Source of the DNA: Felis catus
Taxonomy: Eukaryota
NCBI RefSeq assembly: GCF_018350175.1
Contig: NC_058368.1
Coordinates: 87,856,001-87,920,000, forward strand
Length of the DNA stretch: 64,000 bases
Direction of reading: 5' to 3'
The translations under genes were made by a program, and so were the position numbers. Below the pieces are notes generated by a model. It was given only the letters and a program-made list of their open reading frames with translations, was not told the DNA's origin and did no database searches. Below, piece after piece: positions 22,793 to 35,527 of the stretch. Positions within the stretch are counted from its first letter, which is position 1. Each line of letters begins with the position of its first letter.

Positions 22793-25700
22793 CTGGAAAG
22801 GAAGGCAGGGCTGTCACAGAGGGGACCCTGCTGGGGACAGGAGGCTGGCCTGCCTGGGGAGTTGCAGTCATGGGGCAGCGATGGAGGAGCACTTCTGGAG
22901 CATGGACCCCTGGTGGGGAGCCTGGCTGGCCAAGCTGACCCAGAGTGCCATTTCCTTCCTCAGACCTCCATGTCCCCTGTGCAGCCTTGCAAAGTAGGCT
23001 CCTAGCTGGAGGTAGGGGCCGGGCAGAGGGACCTGGCCCCAACAGACGATGTCTTATTCTGGCACGCAGACCTTCACTCATCTGCCCATTGATTCTGTTA
23101 CTCCCCGGGACCCCACCCAATAGACATGCTCAGACACTGCCCATGTCCCTCATCACTACCCAACTGAATGTCTCCAGCCATCATGCGATTTTCCCCTGCG
23201 TGGAGATCAGGAGAGGTGCATCTTTCCCCGCAAGGAACTGTGTCCTCCACAAATACCTAAAACTTCACAGGGGACCTTGTGTGTGCTGAATGAGGCTGTT
23301 TAAATAACAGTTCATAAGCAGCATCATGACCCCTAACTCAGAGGAACCCGTGCCAACTGTTTTTAAGCCACGTCAAGTGACCCAGTCACTTTGGGGAAGA
23401 GGACACAGGCAGGCCCGCTAGCAGCCCCATAGAAGTCCAGCGTCTCCTAGAACCTGAGGTTTCTCCACTGGGGGGGCAACCCACTGCCTGCAGCTAACAT
23501 CTGGCCCCCAAACGTGGGGACTGGCATATGCGGCTCCAGCCAGAAGGCCTTGTTTTCTATCTGTATCTGGCTGGCCTCGTGGTTTCCAAGTGGGGAAACA
23601 CCCCAGACCCTTCATGCTTCGGTGACAAGAAGGGACACAGTCAGGGACGAGGTGTTCCAGAAGCGAGAGGAGGAGGAAGATAAACAGAAGGCCCCACTGG
23701 GCCAGGTAACAGGACCCATGACAGGTCTGTGGAGTCGGTGGCAGACAGCACGAGGTCCACTGGGCAGGAAACCACCCCCCGCCCCTTCCCCCCCCCCTCC
23801 CCCGCCGCTGCCATGGCCTGTGGAGGAAGAGCCGTGGGGCCGGAGGCTGTAGTCTGGGCACCGAGAAGCAGGGTCAAAAGCAGATCTCTGGGTGGTGCTT
23901 TGGCTGATACACTCCCTCCTGACACCTGATGTTGACTGGCTTCCTAACAAACACGAGAGCCCATGCTGGGTGCAGTCACCAAGTCCGGATGGGCAGAAGG
24001 CAGGAGGGCCAGCACCTGGGCTGGGAGGCCGGGCACCGGAAGTTTGTGAAGGACTCCTTTGGATGACAGCAGAGGAGCCATGTCCCCACAGGGAACCTTT
24101 GATGCCCATCCTGTGGGCTGGTGGAACCTGAGTGGCATCCATAATGTTGTGACAGGCTGGAGGAGGTGGAGGTGAGTGGAGGGCTACAGGAGCATTCTGA
24201 CAGGTGGCCCTGAGAAAGGCTGGGGGATGTGACTGCTGCTCTGGGCCAGAAGGAGCCCCATCAGCAAGGTCACCACCTTGCGGGGGGTCCCCAGCCAACC
24301 AAGGGGCACAGAGCCTCGGACGGTGATGTGACGTGGCTGCTAAGTCAACATCCCCGAAGCCAAAACAGTATTTGCAGAGACGCTGCTCCAGACGGAGTTT
24401 TGGGTGAGCCCCAAGCGCGGGACATTACTGAGCTGCGGAAGTGTGTTGTGTCTTCCTGCTCCTCCACCCTGATCTGACAGGTGAGCCTTGGTCCCCTGTG
24501 CCCAGAGACCCCAGGCAGGGAGAGGTAGGATGTTCACAGCACCTGCATCCACTCACAGGACTTGAATGTCACCTTGAGGCCAAGTCAGAGTTCTGTGGCT
24601 GCAACTTCTACCTCTGGACCCAATGTTTGCAGTATGCAGTTCGCGGGCCAGAGGGAATGTGGGGAGGGGACATTCCAGTGTGGTCTCTCCAGGCGCAGAG
24701 GTGGCAGCAGCCACCAGAGGGAGCAGGTGGCTGGGCAAAGGCAACTGCTCCTATGGCTCCAGTAGGTGTAGACAGGCTGCTGTAAGGGGATCCCCCGTGC
24801 AGAGCAATGGATCCTGCTCTTCCACCCTCAGGCACGCAGGCACCAGGACCTCTCCGCATTCTCGAGGCGAGGTCTCTGATTCGTGTCCGGGGCCCTCCAT
24901 TCTGGACATGTGGCCCCTGTGGGTGGGTCAGCACTTGCCCCTCTCTGCTCCTAACATGGGAAGCGTCCACCCATGACATTCTGCCATTCTGCTGGCTGGC
25001 AAGTCAAAAGTCTCCCCACGCTGAGTTCCTCCATTGCAATAACCAACCTTTACCTCTTCGACGCCTACAAAGGGGACCCCCACCTACAGACTCATGTACT
25101 GGGACAGAACCTCCTAGGGGACCTTCCCTCCAATTCCCCCTCCCCCGCCCCGTCATCCAGCTCAGGGGAGACCCAGGCTATGCAGTGGGCGCAGCAGCGG
25201 TCCAGGCCACATGGCGGGGAGCCGGGTCCCAGTTCCATGGGCAGAGCTCAGGGCCAACTGTGTGGCTCCACTGGCGATGCTCTTCCCAGTGAAGACTGCT
25301 ATGTGCCCACCAGCCTTGAGCTGTTGCAAAAGACACAGCCTGAGAGGCTACAGACCGGTCAGTTGAAGACCCCTCCTTGAGGCGGTGAACGAGGTGAGGT
25401 TCTTGCATGGGACACCGCTCAGAGGCCAGGCTGGGGGCGGACTCCCCATCCTGGCAAATCAGTGTCTCCGTCAGCTACCGGTGGGGTTTCCTGCCATGAC
25501 GCTGCTTTGGGTCACAGCAGCTCTTTCCCTACCACATGACTGTGTGTGCTGCGTGTATTGTGACAGCATGTGTCAACACGGGCTGACCATGTGGCTGCCC
25601 CCACCTCCTCCATCCACCCCTTGGGGAGGCAGTCTGGTCACTGGACACAGCTATCCCCAGCCAAGTTATCCCCTCCAGAGCACTCACTGTCCACTCCTGG

Positions 25701-26039
25701 GCAGCACGTCCCCCTTTCCCCTTGGACGTTGGCCCCGGCCAGCACACCCTCCTGGAGGCAGCCTGGCCAAAACAGGTGGCCCCAGGGGTTCGTTCTTGCT
25801 TCCAGGAAACTGTATGAACCACTCTGTCCCTCCCAGGATGGAGGGTATGAACCTGTCCTCACAGGTGAAAGGTCTGGCCATGAGGGGACAGCGGGATGGA
25901 CAGGTACCCTCCCGAAGGCCTGCCCCTAGGACAGCTCCCCAAAACTAGGACTGGACTTGGTTATTCAGACTGAACTGAGGACTTGGAGACCTGTCTGCCA
26001 GCCCAAGTGACCCACAGTGAGAGTGTCTCAGTTTACCTG

Positions 26040-26910
26040 GGGGCCTTGGACCATGTCAGATGGCTGTACTACACTGTGGTTTAGGGCTGGGGCTTAAGGT
26101 CACATGTCATTAGCTTGACCTCTGCAGGAGCCGTGACAGGTCACCTGTGCCTGCATGAGTGACCCCGAACAGAGGCCCTGGACACAAGGCCACAAGCCAC
26201 AAGGCTCAGAGGGATGTCCCCAAAGGGCCTGACTGAGTGCTGCCACGCATGCATGCGGGAGGAACATGCAGTCTGCGTGACCACTGGGTGGGGGGACCCT
26301 GGGACCCTTCCCCATGTTGCTTTTCCCTTTCCTGCAATAAAGCACACCCTGAGCGGAATGTTCTGCTGAGTTCTGTGAGTCCTTCAGGTGATTCATTGAA
26401 TCCAAAGCTGGTCGTGACCCCCCCAAAGTGAAGTTGATGCCAGAAGTGGGGCTGGTCCCGGGGACCCCCAGAATACAGCCGGTGTCAGAAGTGGGGATGG
26501 TCATGGGGACCCCCAATGTGCAGCTGATGCGAGAAGTGGGGGTGGTCCCTGGGGAACCCCAGAATACAGCCAGTGTCAGAAGTGGGGGTGGTCATGGGGA
26601 CCCCCAAAGTGAAGCTGATGCCAGAAGTGGGGGTGTTCCCCGGGGACCCCCAAGCTGCAGCTGATGCCAGAGTGGTGGTGGTTCCAGAGACCCCAGACTA
26701 CAGCTTGTGCCAGAAGTAGGGGTGGTCATGGGACCCCCAAGCTGCATCTGGTGTCAGAAGTGGGGGTGGTCCCGGGGACCCCCAAGCTGCATCTGGTGTC
26801 AGAAGTGGGGGTGGTCCCATGGACCCCCAGAATGTCAGAAGTGGAGGTGCTCCCAGAGACCCCCAAAGTGCAGCTGATGCCAGAAGTGGGGGTATTCCTG
26901 GGGACCCTGA
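26040..26910 (+). mobile_element. MER21-like LTR remnant with an internally amplified ~45-bp minisatellite (26415-26910)
   Basis: aataaa...ctgagttctgtgagtc...attgaa, then ~11 gggacccc..tgtcagaagtggggg units; boundaries approximate. Confidence 0.65.
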
Positions 26911-27376
26911 CCACAGAGCCAGCCTCAGTGCCCTCTCCCTGCTCCTGGCCTCCTGGTTGCCCACCCAAAGCTCCTGAATGTTCACCAGGGAGGCCTGCCA
27001 GCTGCCCCCTCTGCCTCATTTCTCTAGCTGGCCGTGTCGCCTTCATGCCACATGTTTGTCTCCTGGTTTGCCATCTGTCTCCTCCCCTAGACGACCAGCA
27101 CCCCTTGGCAGGGCCTGGTACCTGGGACAGGGTGTGAGCCCTCGGAGAGCTAAGGAGTGAGTTTGGGGTGGGTATGATCACTGTGTCGGGATCATGGGTG
27201 CACGCCCTCTGACTCTGTCCCACCTCGTCCACCCACGCACCCACCCAGGCTGGCAGTGATTGTGCCCAGCCCCCCAGCAGGCCGCCCCTCATTCCACAGC
27301 CCCTGCCCGGGATGGATTCCCTCCCAGCGCCTCTTCCTGATGCAGGATCAACATCCCTTGAGCCCCAGGGACCTAC

Positions 27377-27490
27377 CTTTGTACCAGCTGACGATGGGCT
27401 TGGGTGTGCCTATCACACGGCAGGCCAGCTTGACAGTCTCACCCAGCTCGGCTGTGCAGTCTGCCAGCTCCTCTTCGAAATCTGGGGGTT
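27377..27490 (-). CDS. OBSCN: OBSCN exon, Ig (PPDFEEELADCTAELGETVKLAC...WYK)
   Basis: tag/gtaggt. Confidence 0.94.
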
Positions 27491-27912
27491 CTAGGTGCAC
27501 GCGTGCACACACACACACACACACAACACACACACAGGCTTTGAGCTCTTGGTGGGTGGGATAGCCCCCCCTCCCAAGTCCTTGGTGAGTCCCTGGCCAG
27601 AAGCCTCAAGGTCAAAGAGTGAGATTGTTATGGACACCACCCCTTGCGACCTTCCATCCAGGACCTGGGTCCGATGGGAGTCAGGGTGAGTGAGGCAAGC
27701 TGGATGGGTAACAAAGAACCGCGGAGAAAGGGGATCCTCTCTCCTGTCCTAGGTGGGGAAGCCGATCTGGGGTTACCAGGTCCTTCACGTCCCTAACAGT
27801 CTGGGTGCCTGTCTTGTTCTGGGGTGGGGGGCTTGTGAACCCCGAGGCTTCCTGTACTCAGGTCAGGCTCAGGCTCCCAATCTGGCAGCACTGCCATGTC
27901 CAGGACACTCAC

Positions 27913-28090
27913 GCCACACGGGCAGGGCCAGGCGCTGCTGGATGCCGCAGATCTCCTTCACCCAGGAATTCTTGGTGATGACCGTCCGCGCCTGCAGCAG
28001 ATACTTGCGCACAGAGTCCTCTCGCTCATGCCAAACCTCGAAGGCGCGGTCGTCACCCTCCACCTGGTCATTCAGGTCGATGCTGCTCAG
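27913..28090 (-). CDS. OBSCN: OBSCN exon, PH domain (LSSIDLNDQ...WVKEICGIQQRLALPVW)
   Basis: cag/gtgagt. Confidence 0.95.
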
Positions 28091-28199
28091 CTGTGGGGGG
28101 AGGCGGGATGCAAACTGACTGTCTGGAAGCAGGACTCCACACTCCCTGCCCAGCCGGCACCCCCTCTGCCCCACTTGGGCTCCATGGGCACCCGCAAAC

Positions 28200-28358
28200 C
28201 TTCATCATGTTCCGGAAGACATAGCTGAAGGTGTCGGTGCGGGAATCCCGTCTGGGCTTGCAGACCACCAGGTGGTGGCGGAACAGGAAGACATGCCGAT
28301 GGTGGCCCTTCCAGGGCATCCGTGCGCCTGGCGCCCCCTCCCACACGATGAAGTGGCC
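28200..28358 (-). CDS. OBSCN: OBSCN exon, PH domain (GHFIVWEG...RHVFLF...NMMK)
   Basis: cag/gtttgc. Confidence 0.95.
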
Positions 28359-28394
28359 CTGGGGAGCATTTGGCTCTCAGTCAGCTCGGTACCT

Positions 28395-28710
28395 GGCGCC
28401 CACATGGCCCCTCCCAGGCCCTCCACCGTGCCCAGCACCCAGCACCCACATAGCTCCGCCAGGCCCTCCACCATGTCCTCTACCCCGCATCCATGTGGCC
28501 CCATCAGGCCCTCCACCCTGCCCTGCACCCGGCGCCCACATGGCCCTGTCAGGCCCTCCACCATGCCCCACACCCCGCACCTGATGGCCCTGCCCAGGCC
28601 CTCCACAGCACCCCACACCCCGCACCCACATGGCTCTGCACCAGGCCCTCCACCGTGCCCCATTCCCCCCACCCACGTGGCCCTGCCAGGCCCTCCACCG
28701 CGCCCAGCAC
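28395..28710. repeat. 45-bp minisatellite, ~7 copies, filling a 352-nt intron
   Basis: caggccctcca core at ~28414, 28459, 28504, 28549, 28594, 28641, 28686. Confidence 0.92.
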
Positions 28711-28875
28711 CTGGCGGATGGGCTCGCCCAGGGCCTGCAGGGTGCCTGGGTAGTTCTCCATGAGCGACACGTGCAGTTGGTTCTCAGCGCGCTGCGGCAG
28801 GGCCGACACCACGGCATACGCCTGCTCCAACAGCGCGCAGTTCTGCCTGTTCCTCGCCTTGTTGCGGATCAGCTC
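28711..28875 (-). CDS. OBSCN: OBSCN exon, DH end (ELIRNKARNRQNC...LGEPIRQ)
   Basis: cag/gtgctg. Confidence 0.94.
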
Positions 28876-28971
28876 CTGGGGGAGAAGGCGTCAGGCCCGA
28901 GCCCTACCGCCCGCCCATCTGCCTGACCGCCCACCAAGGCCAGGGAGGGCGGCCACGCGGCGGCCCTGTAC

Positions 28972-29088
28972 CTTGAGCAGGGCCTGGTACTGCTGGACCC
29001 GCTCCACAGGCTGTTCCAGGAAGTGCTGCAGGGGCGGCGGTGGTGGCTGCGAGGGGTCTAAGGCTGACAGCACGTCTTCCGTGTATTT
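28972..29088 (-). CDS. OBSCN: OBSCN exon, DH (KYTED...LEQPVERVQQYQALLK)
   Basis: cag/gtacag; DH CR3-like motif. Confidence 0.94.
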
Positions 29089-29336
29089 CTGTGGGAACCG
29101 CAGCACGGGGTTGGGGACACACATGTGCACCCCCGATGGCCAGTGTTACCAGGGCGGAAAGCTGGAGGGCTGGGGCGTGGGGTACATGCACGTGTGCATA
29201 CACGTGCACTGCTCCTCCCTCCGGTGGGCCTCACACCCTCCTCCTGCCCCCCGTGGTGTCACCCTCTGAAGCTGAGCCCAGAGCTTCAGGGGCCCTGCTT
29301 TTCTCAGAAAACTATGAGGCATGGGCTGGGGGGCAC

Positions 29337-29493
29337 CTTGTAGAACTCCTGCACTGCTGTGCTGACCACCGCAGACTCGGCTTGTACACGGCCTACCAGG
29401 AACTCCAGGTACTTCTCAAAGGCCGCCTGGTTCTTGATGAAGCACATGGCCACATCGTCATCCGTGTCACACTGTTGCAGCTCCCTCTGGAAG
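29337..29493 (-). CDS. OBSCN: OBSCN exon, DH (FQRELQQCDTDDDVAMCFIK...EFYK)
   Basis: cag/gtgccc. Confidence 0.94.
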
Positions 29494-30092
29494 CTGCAGA
29501 ACAGGGGACAGTGGTCAGGGGGATGGCGAGCCCTCAGGCTGGGGGAGAAACAGGCTGCTGCCCAGGTCTGGGCTGGAGAGGCTGCAGGTGTGGTGTGTGA
29601 GGGCATCCACATCTGCACACATGACGTGTGTGTGTCGTGTACACATGCATGCCCACACGTGTCAGAGTGTGTGTCTGAATGCAGGTATGCACGCCTGTGT
29701 CTGTGTACACAGAAGTGCATGTCGTGGGACGTGCCTGTCATGTGTTTGGAGAAGTTTCTGGAGCGTTCTCACATATGGGTGCTGGCAGCAGGCAAGGATA
29801 CTACAGGTGCTTCTGTGGGCGAGCCAGGTACACATGCCTGTGTTCCTAGGGACATCTGTGCCCTTAAACAGGGGTGTGGTGAGCCAGTGGGTAAACCCAG
29901 TCAGTGAAGTTCTCTCAGGCATGCGTGAGCATGTGTGCGCATGCATCACTGATATGCATGCATTCGTCTTTGTGCACTTGTGACTGTCACGTGTGCTTGT
30001 ACCTTTGTGCATGCCTGGCTGGCCCATGTGCATGTGTCTGTGTGCACACCTGGGGGCTCCGGAGCAGCCGTGGGGCCTGCCTACCCACCTAC

Positions 30093-30266
30093 CTGCTGTG
30101 GAAATGGCTAATGTCCTGCACGTTTCGAAAGATGACAGCCTTCTGGGAGGCCACAGCCGCAGGTACATGGGGGCAGCGGTCCAGGTGCTGCATGTGGTGG
30201 CTTTGCAGGAACTGCAGCTTGCCCACAAAGGCCTGCTCAGAGCTCAGCAGCTCCTGGATGATGGAG
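30093..30266 (-). CDS. OBSCN: OBSCN exon, DH start (SIIQELLSSEQAFV...IFRNVQDISHFHS)
   Basis: cag/gtaggt; ELLxSE motif. Confidence 0.94.
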
Positions 30267-30442
30267 CTGGAGGGGATGGGGTGAGGAGAGACCCAGGAGC
30301 TCCTGAGGGGGGCGGGCGGCCTCCTCCTCCCATGCAGCCCACCGCCGCCCACCTTCAGAACAAGCCGGGCAATGTGGGCAGCACCCCCAAGGCTACCTGG
30401 AGGCCACAAAGCCGCTCCTGCCCCTGCCTGCCGGACCCTCAC

Positions 30443-30976
<534 letters not shown>

Positions 30977-31186
30977 TCACGTTGGGGGAGAAGCCATCCT
31001 GAGGTTCCAGAAGTTCCAGGACAAGCTCAACCCAACTCTGCTGATGGAAATCCCATCAGGGTGGCAGTGAGGCCACCCCAGAGGGCCCAGGGGTCCAGGC
31101 CATCCCAGGTGGCAGTATTGTGCTCCCACTCCTCCCCCCACCGGTGCCCTGCCCACTGCCTGCCCCCCACTGCCCCATCAGAGCAC

Positions 31187-31326
31187 CTCGCCACGGGAGT
31201 CCCCATCCTCCGACTCCGAGGATGACTCCTGGACGCTGGAGGAGGGGCGGGAACGGCCATGCCAGGGGGATGCAGACGGTGTCTTAGATTCCTCATCGCT
31301 GTCACCTCCAGGCACCTGCAGCTTGG
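31187..31326 (-). CDS. OBSCN: OBSCN exon (AKLQVPGGDSDEES...EDGDSRGE)
   Basis: cag/gtgctc. Confidence 0.92.
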
Positions 31327-31458
31327 CTGGGGGCATAGGGCATGTGATGCCCAGGAAGGGCCTGGCCCATATCCCCTCCCCGTGGGTCCCCAGGGTGCGT
31401 GGACAAGGGAATTCAGTCACTGCCCCTACCCTCGCCCCACAGCCAGCGGCGCCCTCAC

Positions 31459-31578
31459 CCTGCGTGATCTTGGCCGACACTATCTCTGTGATCTGGGAGG
31501 TGAGCTTCTGCAGGAACTCCTCTGTGCCCACCTCGGCCAGGGACAAGTGGCTACGGGCCTCCACCGCCATGGGCTCTC
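31459..31578 (-). CDS. OBSCN: OBSCN exon (GEPMAVEARSHLSLAEVGTEEFLQKL...KITQ)
   Basis: cag/gtgagg; phase 1-1. Confidence 0.9.
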
Positions 31579-32275
31579 CTGGGGACCAGAAGCTGGCTCA
31601 GCTAGCTGCAGGCCCTGCAGACCTGTGCTCTCCAGGCCTGGACCTGGGCTCAAGTGTCAGCAGTGCAGAGGAATGCACAGACTTGGGGCCATCACTGCTG
31701 GAAGCTTTGCAGGGTTGGGTCAAGAGTGAATGAGGGCTGCCTGGATGAGTGGGGGTCAGCCGAGAAGTGACCCCAAAGGTGGGCAACCAGCACACAGAGC
31801 ACATGGCCTTCCCTTCTCTACTTCTGTGCAGACTCCCTGCTTTCCATTAAAAAGTTACAAATACCCCAAGGTGGCAGAAGGGCCTGTGCAGGTGGCCAGG
31901 AAATGAACCGAAGGACCCTGCTGGGGACGGGGGAGAATCCAGGACAGATCAGGTCTGGATGCTGGCATGCCCAGCACGTACCTCCTGCACTGCCTTCACC
32001 TAGCCATCACTGCCACCTGTGTCCAGGCCAGGCATCCACACAGCCCGCTGGGCGTGAGCTGTGAGCCAAGGGTCAGATCTGCAAGGCTCAGAAATGGCCC
32101 TGACACCAACTAGCATTCAGAATCAGGCCCAGGAGAGGGCAGGAAGCCCTGGCCCAGAGAGGACGAGCAGGTATTTCTGGAGCAGCTGTGGGCCTGGAGC
32201 AGCCTCCTCCATGCCTCACCCCTGCACTGGGTGCATCGACCCCCACCCTGCTCCCTGCTCCCAATCAGCCCATAC

Positions 32276-32343
32276 CTTTCCTCTGCCCAGCAAGATCAGT
32301 GAAACCTGCAGGTTCTGACATCTGCGTGGAGACGGCTTGGGTC
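32276..32343 (-). CDS. OBSCN: OBSCN exon (TQAVSTQMSEPAGFTDLAGQRK)
   Basis: tttag/gtatgg; phase 2 to 1. Confidence 0.85.
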
Positions 32344-32553
32344 CTAAAGGGGAGGGGCATCCTGAGGGAATGCTTCAGCCGAAGCCCTGGTGTTACAGTG
32401 GGGACACTGAGGCACAGAGAGGGACAGGGCCTGGCCCAAGCCACAGAGTCCTTGAGGGACAAGGCTGGGCTGCAGTCTGGATGGGGTTCCCTCCCAAGGG
32501 CGGCAACGCCCCACTCCCAGGCCTGCTGCTGCTGACCTGCTTCCCCTACTCAC

Positions 32554-32626
32554 CCCTGCAGGAAGGTGGAGATGAGGGCCTCCTTCACCCCAGCATGCTC
32601 CTCTGCTGCCCCTGCCTCCTTGGGCA
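32554..32626 (-). CDS. OBSCN: OBSCN exon (LPKEAGAAEEHAGVKEALISTFLQG)
   Basis: hand translation; acag/gtgagt; phase 1 to 2. Confidence 0.85.
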
Positions 32627-32948
32627 CTGTCAGGAGAACAGGGTGAGCCTCAGGATGACGCCCCACAACCCTGAGACAATTCTGGCGGGGGCCTGACCCA
32701 GGGTGTCTACCCCCCAGCAGGGACCTTGACCCTGGCCCTTGGGAGCCCCAAGGTGGAGTGGGGCCCAGGAGGAAAACACTCAGGGGGGCAGGAGGCTTCT
32801 AGGAGGGTCTCATCCAGCTATGCAGAGCCTACAAGACAGGGGTGGGAGCTGGCCCATGGGGCTCTGTGTTCAGGGGGCCAACAGGAGAGGGCTCTGGGTC
32901 GGGGGCTCAGTGAAGGTCAGCTGCCCGCAGTCACCCACGCCCACTCAC

Positions 32949-33167
32949 GGCCAGAGATGTGCAGGCTAGCGGAGCAGAGGGCCTGGCCAGCGCTGTTGCT
33001 GGCGATGCAGGTATATGTGCCCTGGTGCTGTCTGCCCACATCCAGCAGGACCAGACTGTGCTGCTGTGCAGAGCTGGCCACCGTGTAGCCTGGCGTGTCA
33101 CGGCCAATCCACAGCACGCCTCGCTCAGTCTCCTCCCGCAGCCAGTGCACGGCTGGGGCCGGGCACC
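32949..33167 (-). CDS. OBSCN: OBSCN exon, Ig (GCPAPAVHWLREE...GTYTCIASN...ISG)
   Basis: cag/gtgagt. Confidence 0.94.
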
Positions 33168-33365
33168 CTGTGGGCAGGAGGGAACAGTGAGGGAGACTTG
33201 GGGAGGTGGGAAGACTGAAGGGCCTTGGGGGGAGTCCTAGGTAGGAAGAGGGCAGGGCCCTCTCTGATCCTGGGGGAGGGGTCCCAGGTGGGAAGAGGGC
33301 GGGGCCCGCTCTGATCCTGTGTTTGGCTGTCCTTGTCAAGGGTCAGGACAGTAGGAGGGCCCCAC

Positions 33366-33464
33366 CTTCCACCTTCACTGAAAAGGTGATGCTGGAGCCT
33401 TTCTTCACTTTCTTGGAGGTGAATCTTTCCAGGAATCGGGGCGGCACCAGCTGCTGGTACACAT
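33366..33464 (-). CDS. OBSCN: OBSCN exon, Ig (DVYQQLVPPRFLERF...VKVE)
   Basis: cag/gtgggg. Confidence 0.93.
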
Positions 33465-33677
33465 CTGGAGAAACAGCAAGCATTGGTGATGAATGCATGT
33501 CGAACCCCTGCTCCCCATCCTTGGGGCACCAAGGCCCCCCTCCCAGGTCCCAGCCCCATCCCATCTGGAGGTTGGGTCTCCACAGCCTACAGTGCACCCT
33601 CCTCCACCTGCGACACTGTGTCCCTCACTCACTTTGCTGAGCCACCCACCCACCTCTGCCCACCTGAGTTGGCTCAC

Positions 33678-33710
33678 CTGATTCTGGCTTCTCTTCGGGA
33701 TCTTTGGGGC
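33678..33710 (-). CDS. OBSCN: OBSCN 33-nt linker exon (GPKDPEEKPES)
   Basis: tttcag/gtgagc; phase 1-1. Confidence 0.85.
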
Positions 33711-34134
33711 CTGAAAGAGGCAAGAAATGGAAGTCAGGCCTGTAGCACCAGGGGGCCTCCCTCCTCTGGGCCTGTGCACCTGCTGGGGGTAGGAGTCTGT
33801 AGGGGTGTCCCACCCACTCTCATACACACAACCCTCCACGGCCCCAAGAGTGTGGGCGTCAATCTGGAGCCAGCACGTGGGGTGGCACCGAAGGGCGAGT
33901 GAAGCCTGGGCAGAGCTGGGTCCCTTGGCCACTCCCTCTGGCGTGACCTGGGAGCACCTTGCGATGCTCAGAACTTGGGACAAAGGAGCTCATACCCATC
34001 CTCCAAAAGTGACTCCTGACCTCCTCCGCAGTCTCCTGGTGCTCCCACACTTGTGGGTCTGTTTCACTGCCTGCCTGCCCCCACCCAGGCCACTTGCACT
34101 GCCCAGGTGGGGACACCCAGTCCCCCACACCCAC

Positions 34135-34332
34135 CTCGGACCAGCAGCCGGGCTGATGAGTAGGTGGCGCCCACGGCATTGCTAATGTAGGCTGAGTACT
34201 GGCCGGCATCCTCCTTGGTGACAGATACAACCTCCAGGGTGTGAAGCGTCTTCCTGTCAGCCATGCGGATGTGTGCAGAAGCCGTCAGGGGCTGCCCGTC
34301 TTTGAACCAGTACAGCCGTGGCGCTGGGTAGC
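34135..34332 (-). CDS. OBSCN: OBSCN exon, Ig (GYPAPRLYWFKDG...EDAGQY...LLVR)
   Basis: cag/gtgggt. Confidence 0.94.
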
Positions 34333-34464
34333 CTGGGACCACAGGGGACTGGTCAGCACACAGCCCCCGGCCAGTGCGCCCTGCCCTCAGAACCCCCGGC
34401 CCCCATGCCCACCCAGCCTCCACTGTCCAGATGGTGCTCCGGGCCATCTGTCTCTCTTCCTCAC

Positions 34465-34589
34465 CTTTCACTTTGAGCTGGAACTTGGCCAGGCGTGTGC
34501 CAGGGGCCACCTGGAGGTCCTTCATCTCCTCCACCACCTGGGGCAGCTGCCCCTCCTCTGAGGTAGACTCCGTGCCCTCTTGCTCCCGG
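34465..34589 (-). CDS. OBSCN: OBSCN exon (REQEGTESTSEEGQLPQVV...FQLKVK)
   Basis: cag/gtgagg. Confidence 0.93.
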
Positions 34590-34801
34590 CTGGTGGGAGA
34601 ACAGAGAAGGGGCATGAGGTGGACCAGCAAGGGGTCAGGCCTGGATGGCTCCTGCAGACCCCTGCTTGCTGGCAGGACATTGCCAGGGCCTGGCTGAGAG
34701 CTCCAGGACTCAGGTTCCGTCTGCCCAGGCCAGCACTGCCGCCCCCCTGGGCCTGCACCACCAGCCTGCTGGGTGCTGCCTGCATCTACATGGACCTCTA
34801 C

Positions 34802-34880
34802 CTGGACAGGTAGCCTTGGGCGCTGAAGTAGGAGGAGGTCTCCGTGGCATCGGCTGCAGTTTCATAGTCCGTGCTGGTCA
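34802..34880 (-). CDS. OBSCN: OBSCN exon (LTSTDYETAADATETSSYFSAQGYLS)
   Basis: hand translation; cag/gtagag; phase 1 to 2. Confidence 0.9.
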
Positions 34881-35527
34881 CTGGGAGAGGAACAGTGGCT
34901 GGAGTGAGCTCTGTGCCCCACCTGCCCAGGCATGGCCCCCACCAGAGGCTAGCCACCTGGCTCTCAGTGCGAGGCCATCCCTAGGAGCCACTGACACTCC
35001 TGGGGGAGAGGCCATGGGGCACATGGTAGACGGTGTCCCCTCCACACCCCAGGCTGTCTCCATGTTTCCAGGCCTGTATCTAACTGCAAGTCCCAACAAA
35101 TTGTCAATACTGGGTGATGCTGGGCCTTGTGACTGGCAGAGAGCAGCCACAGCTGTATCCTCCAGTCTTCCCCACTAGGGAACAAGGGGTGACATATACA
35201 GCCAGCCGTGAAGGAGTAAAAGGGTCTGGACTCACCCTCTGCTGTAGGCAGGATATTCGTGTCCCCTTGACCTCAAATGTGGAAACCTGCAGTGTGCTGG
35301 TATCAAAAGCGGGTGCTCTGGGAGGTAGTCAGGGAGTCAGGAGCTCCTGACAGCGGAGCCCCCACCATGGCAATGGCATTAGTGCTCTGACAGGAAGCAA
35401 CCCCATGCGAGGAAGAGCTTGACTGCAGCCACGAGCAGTACACTTCTGTTGTTTCTACCACCTGGTCCCTGCTGCAGTAGCCCCAACAGCCTCCCCCTCC
35501 CCCACACAGAATATGTGGGACAATGGC

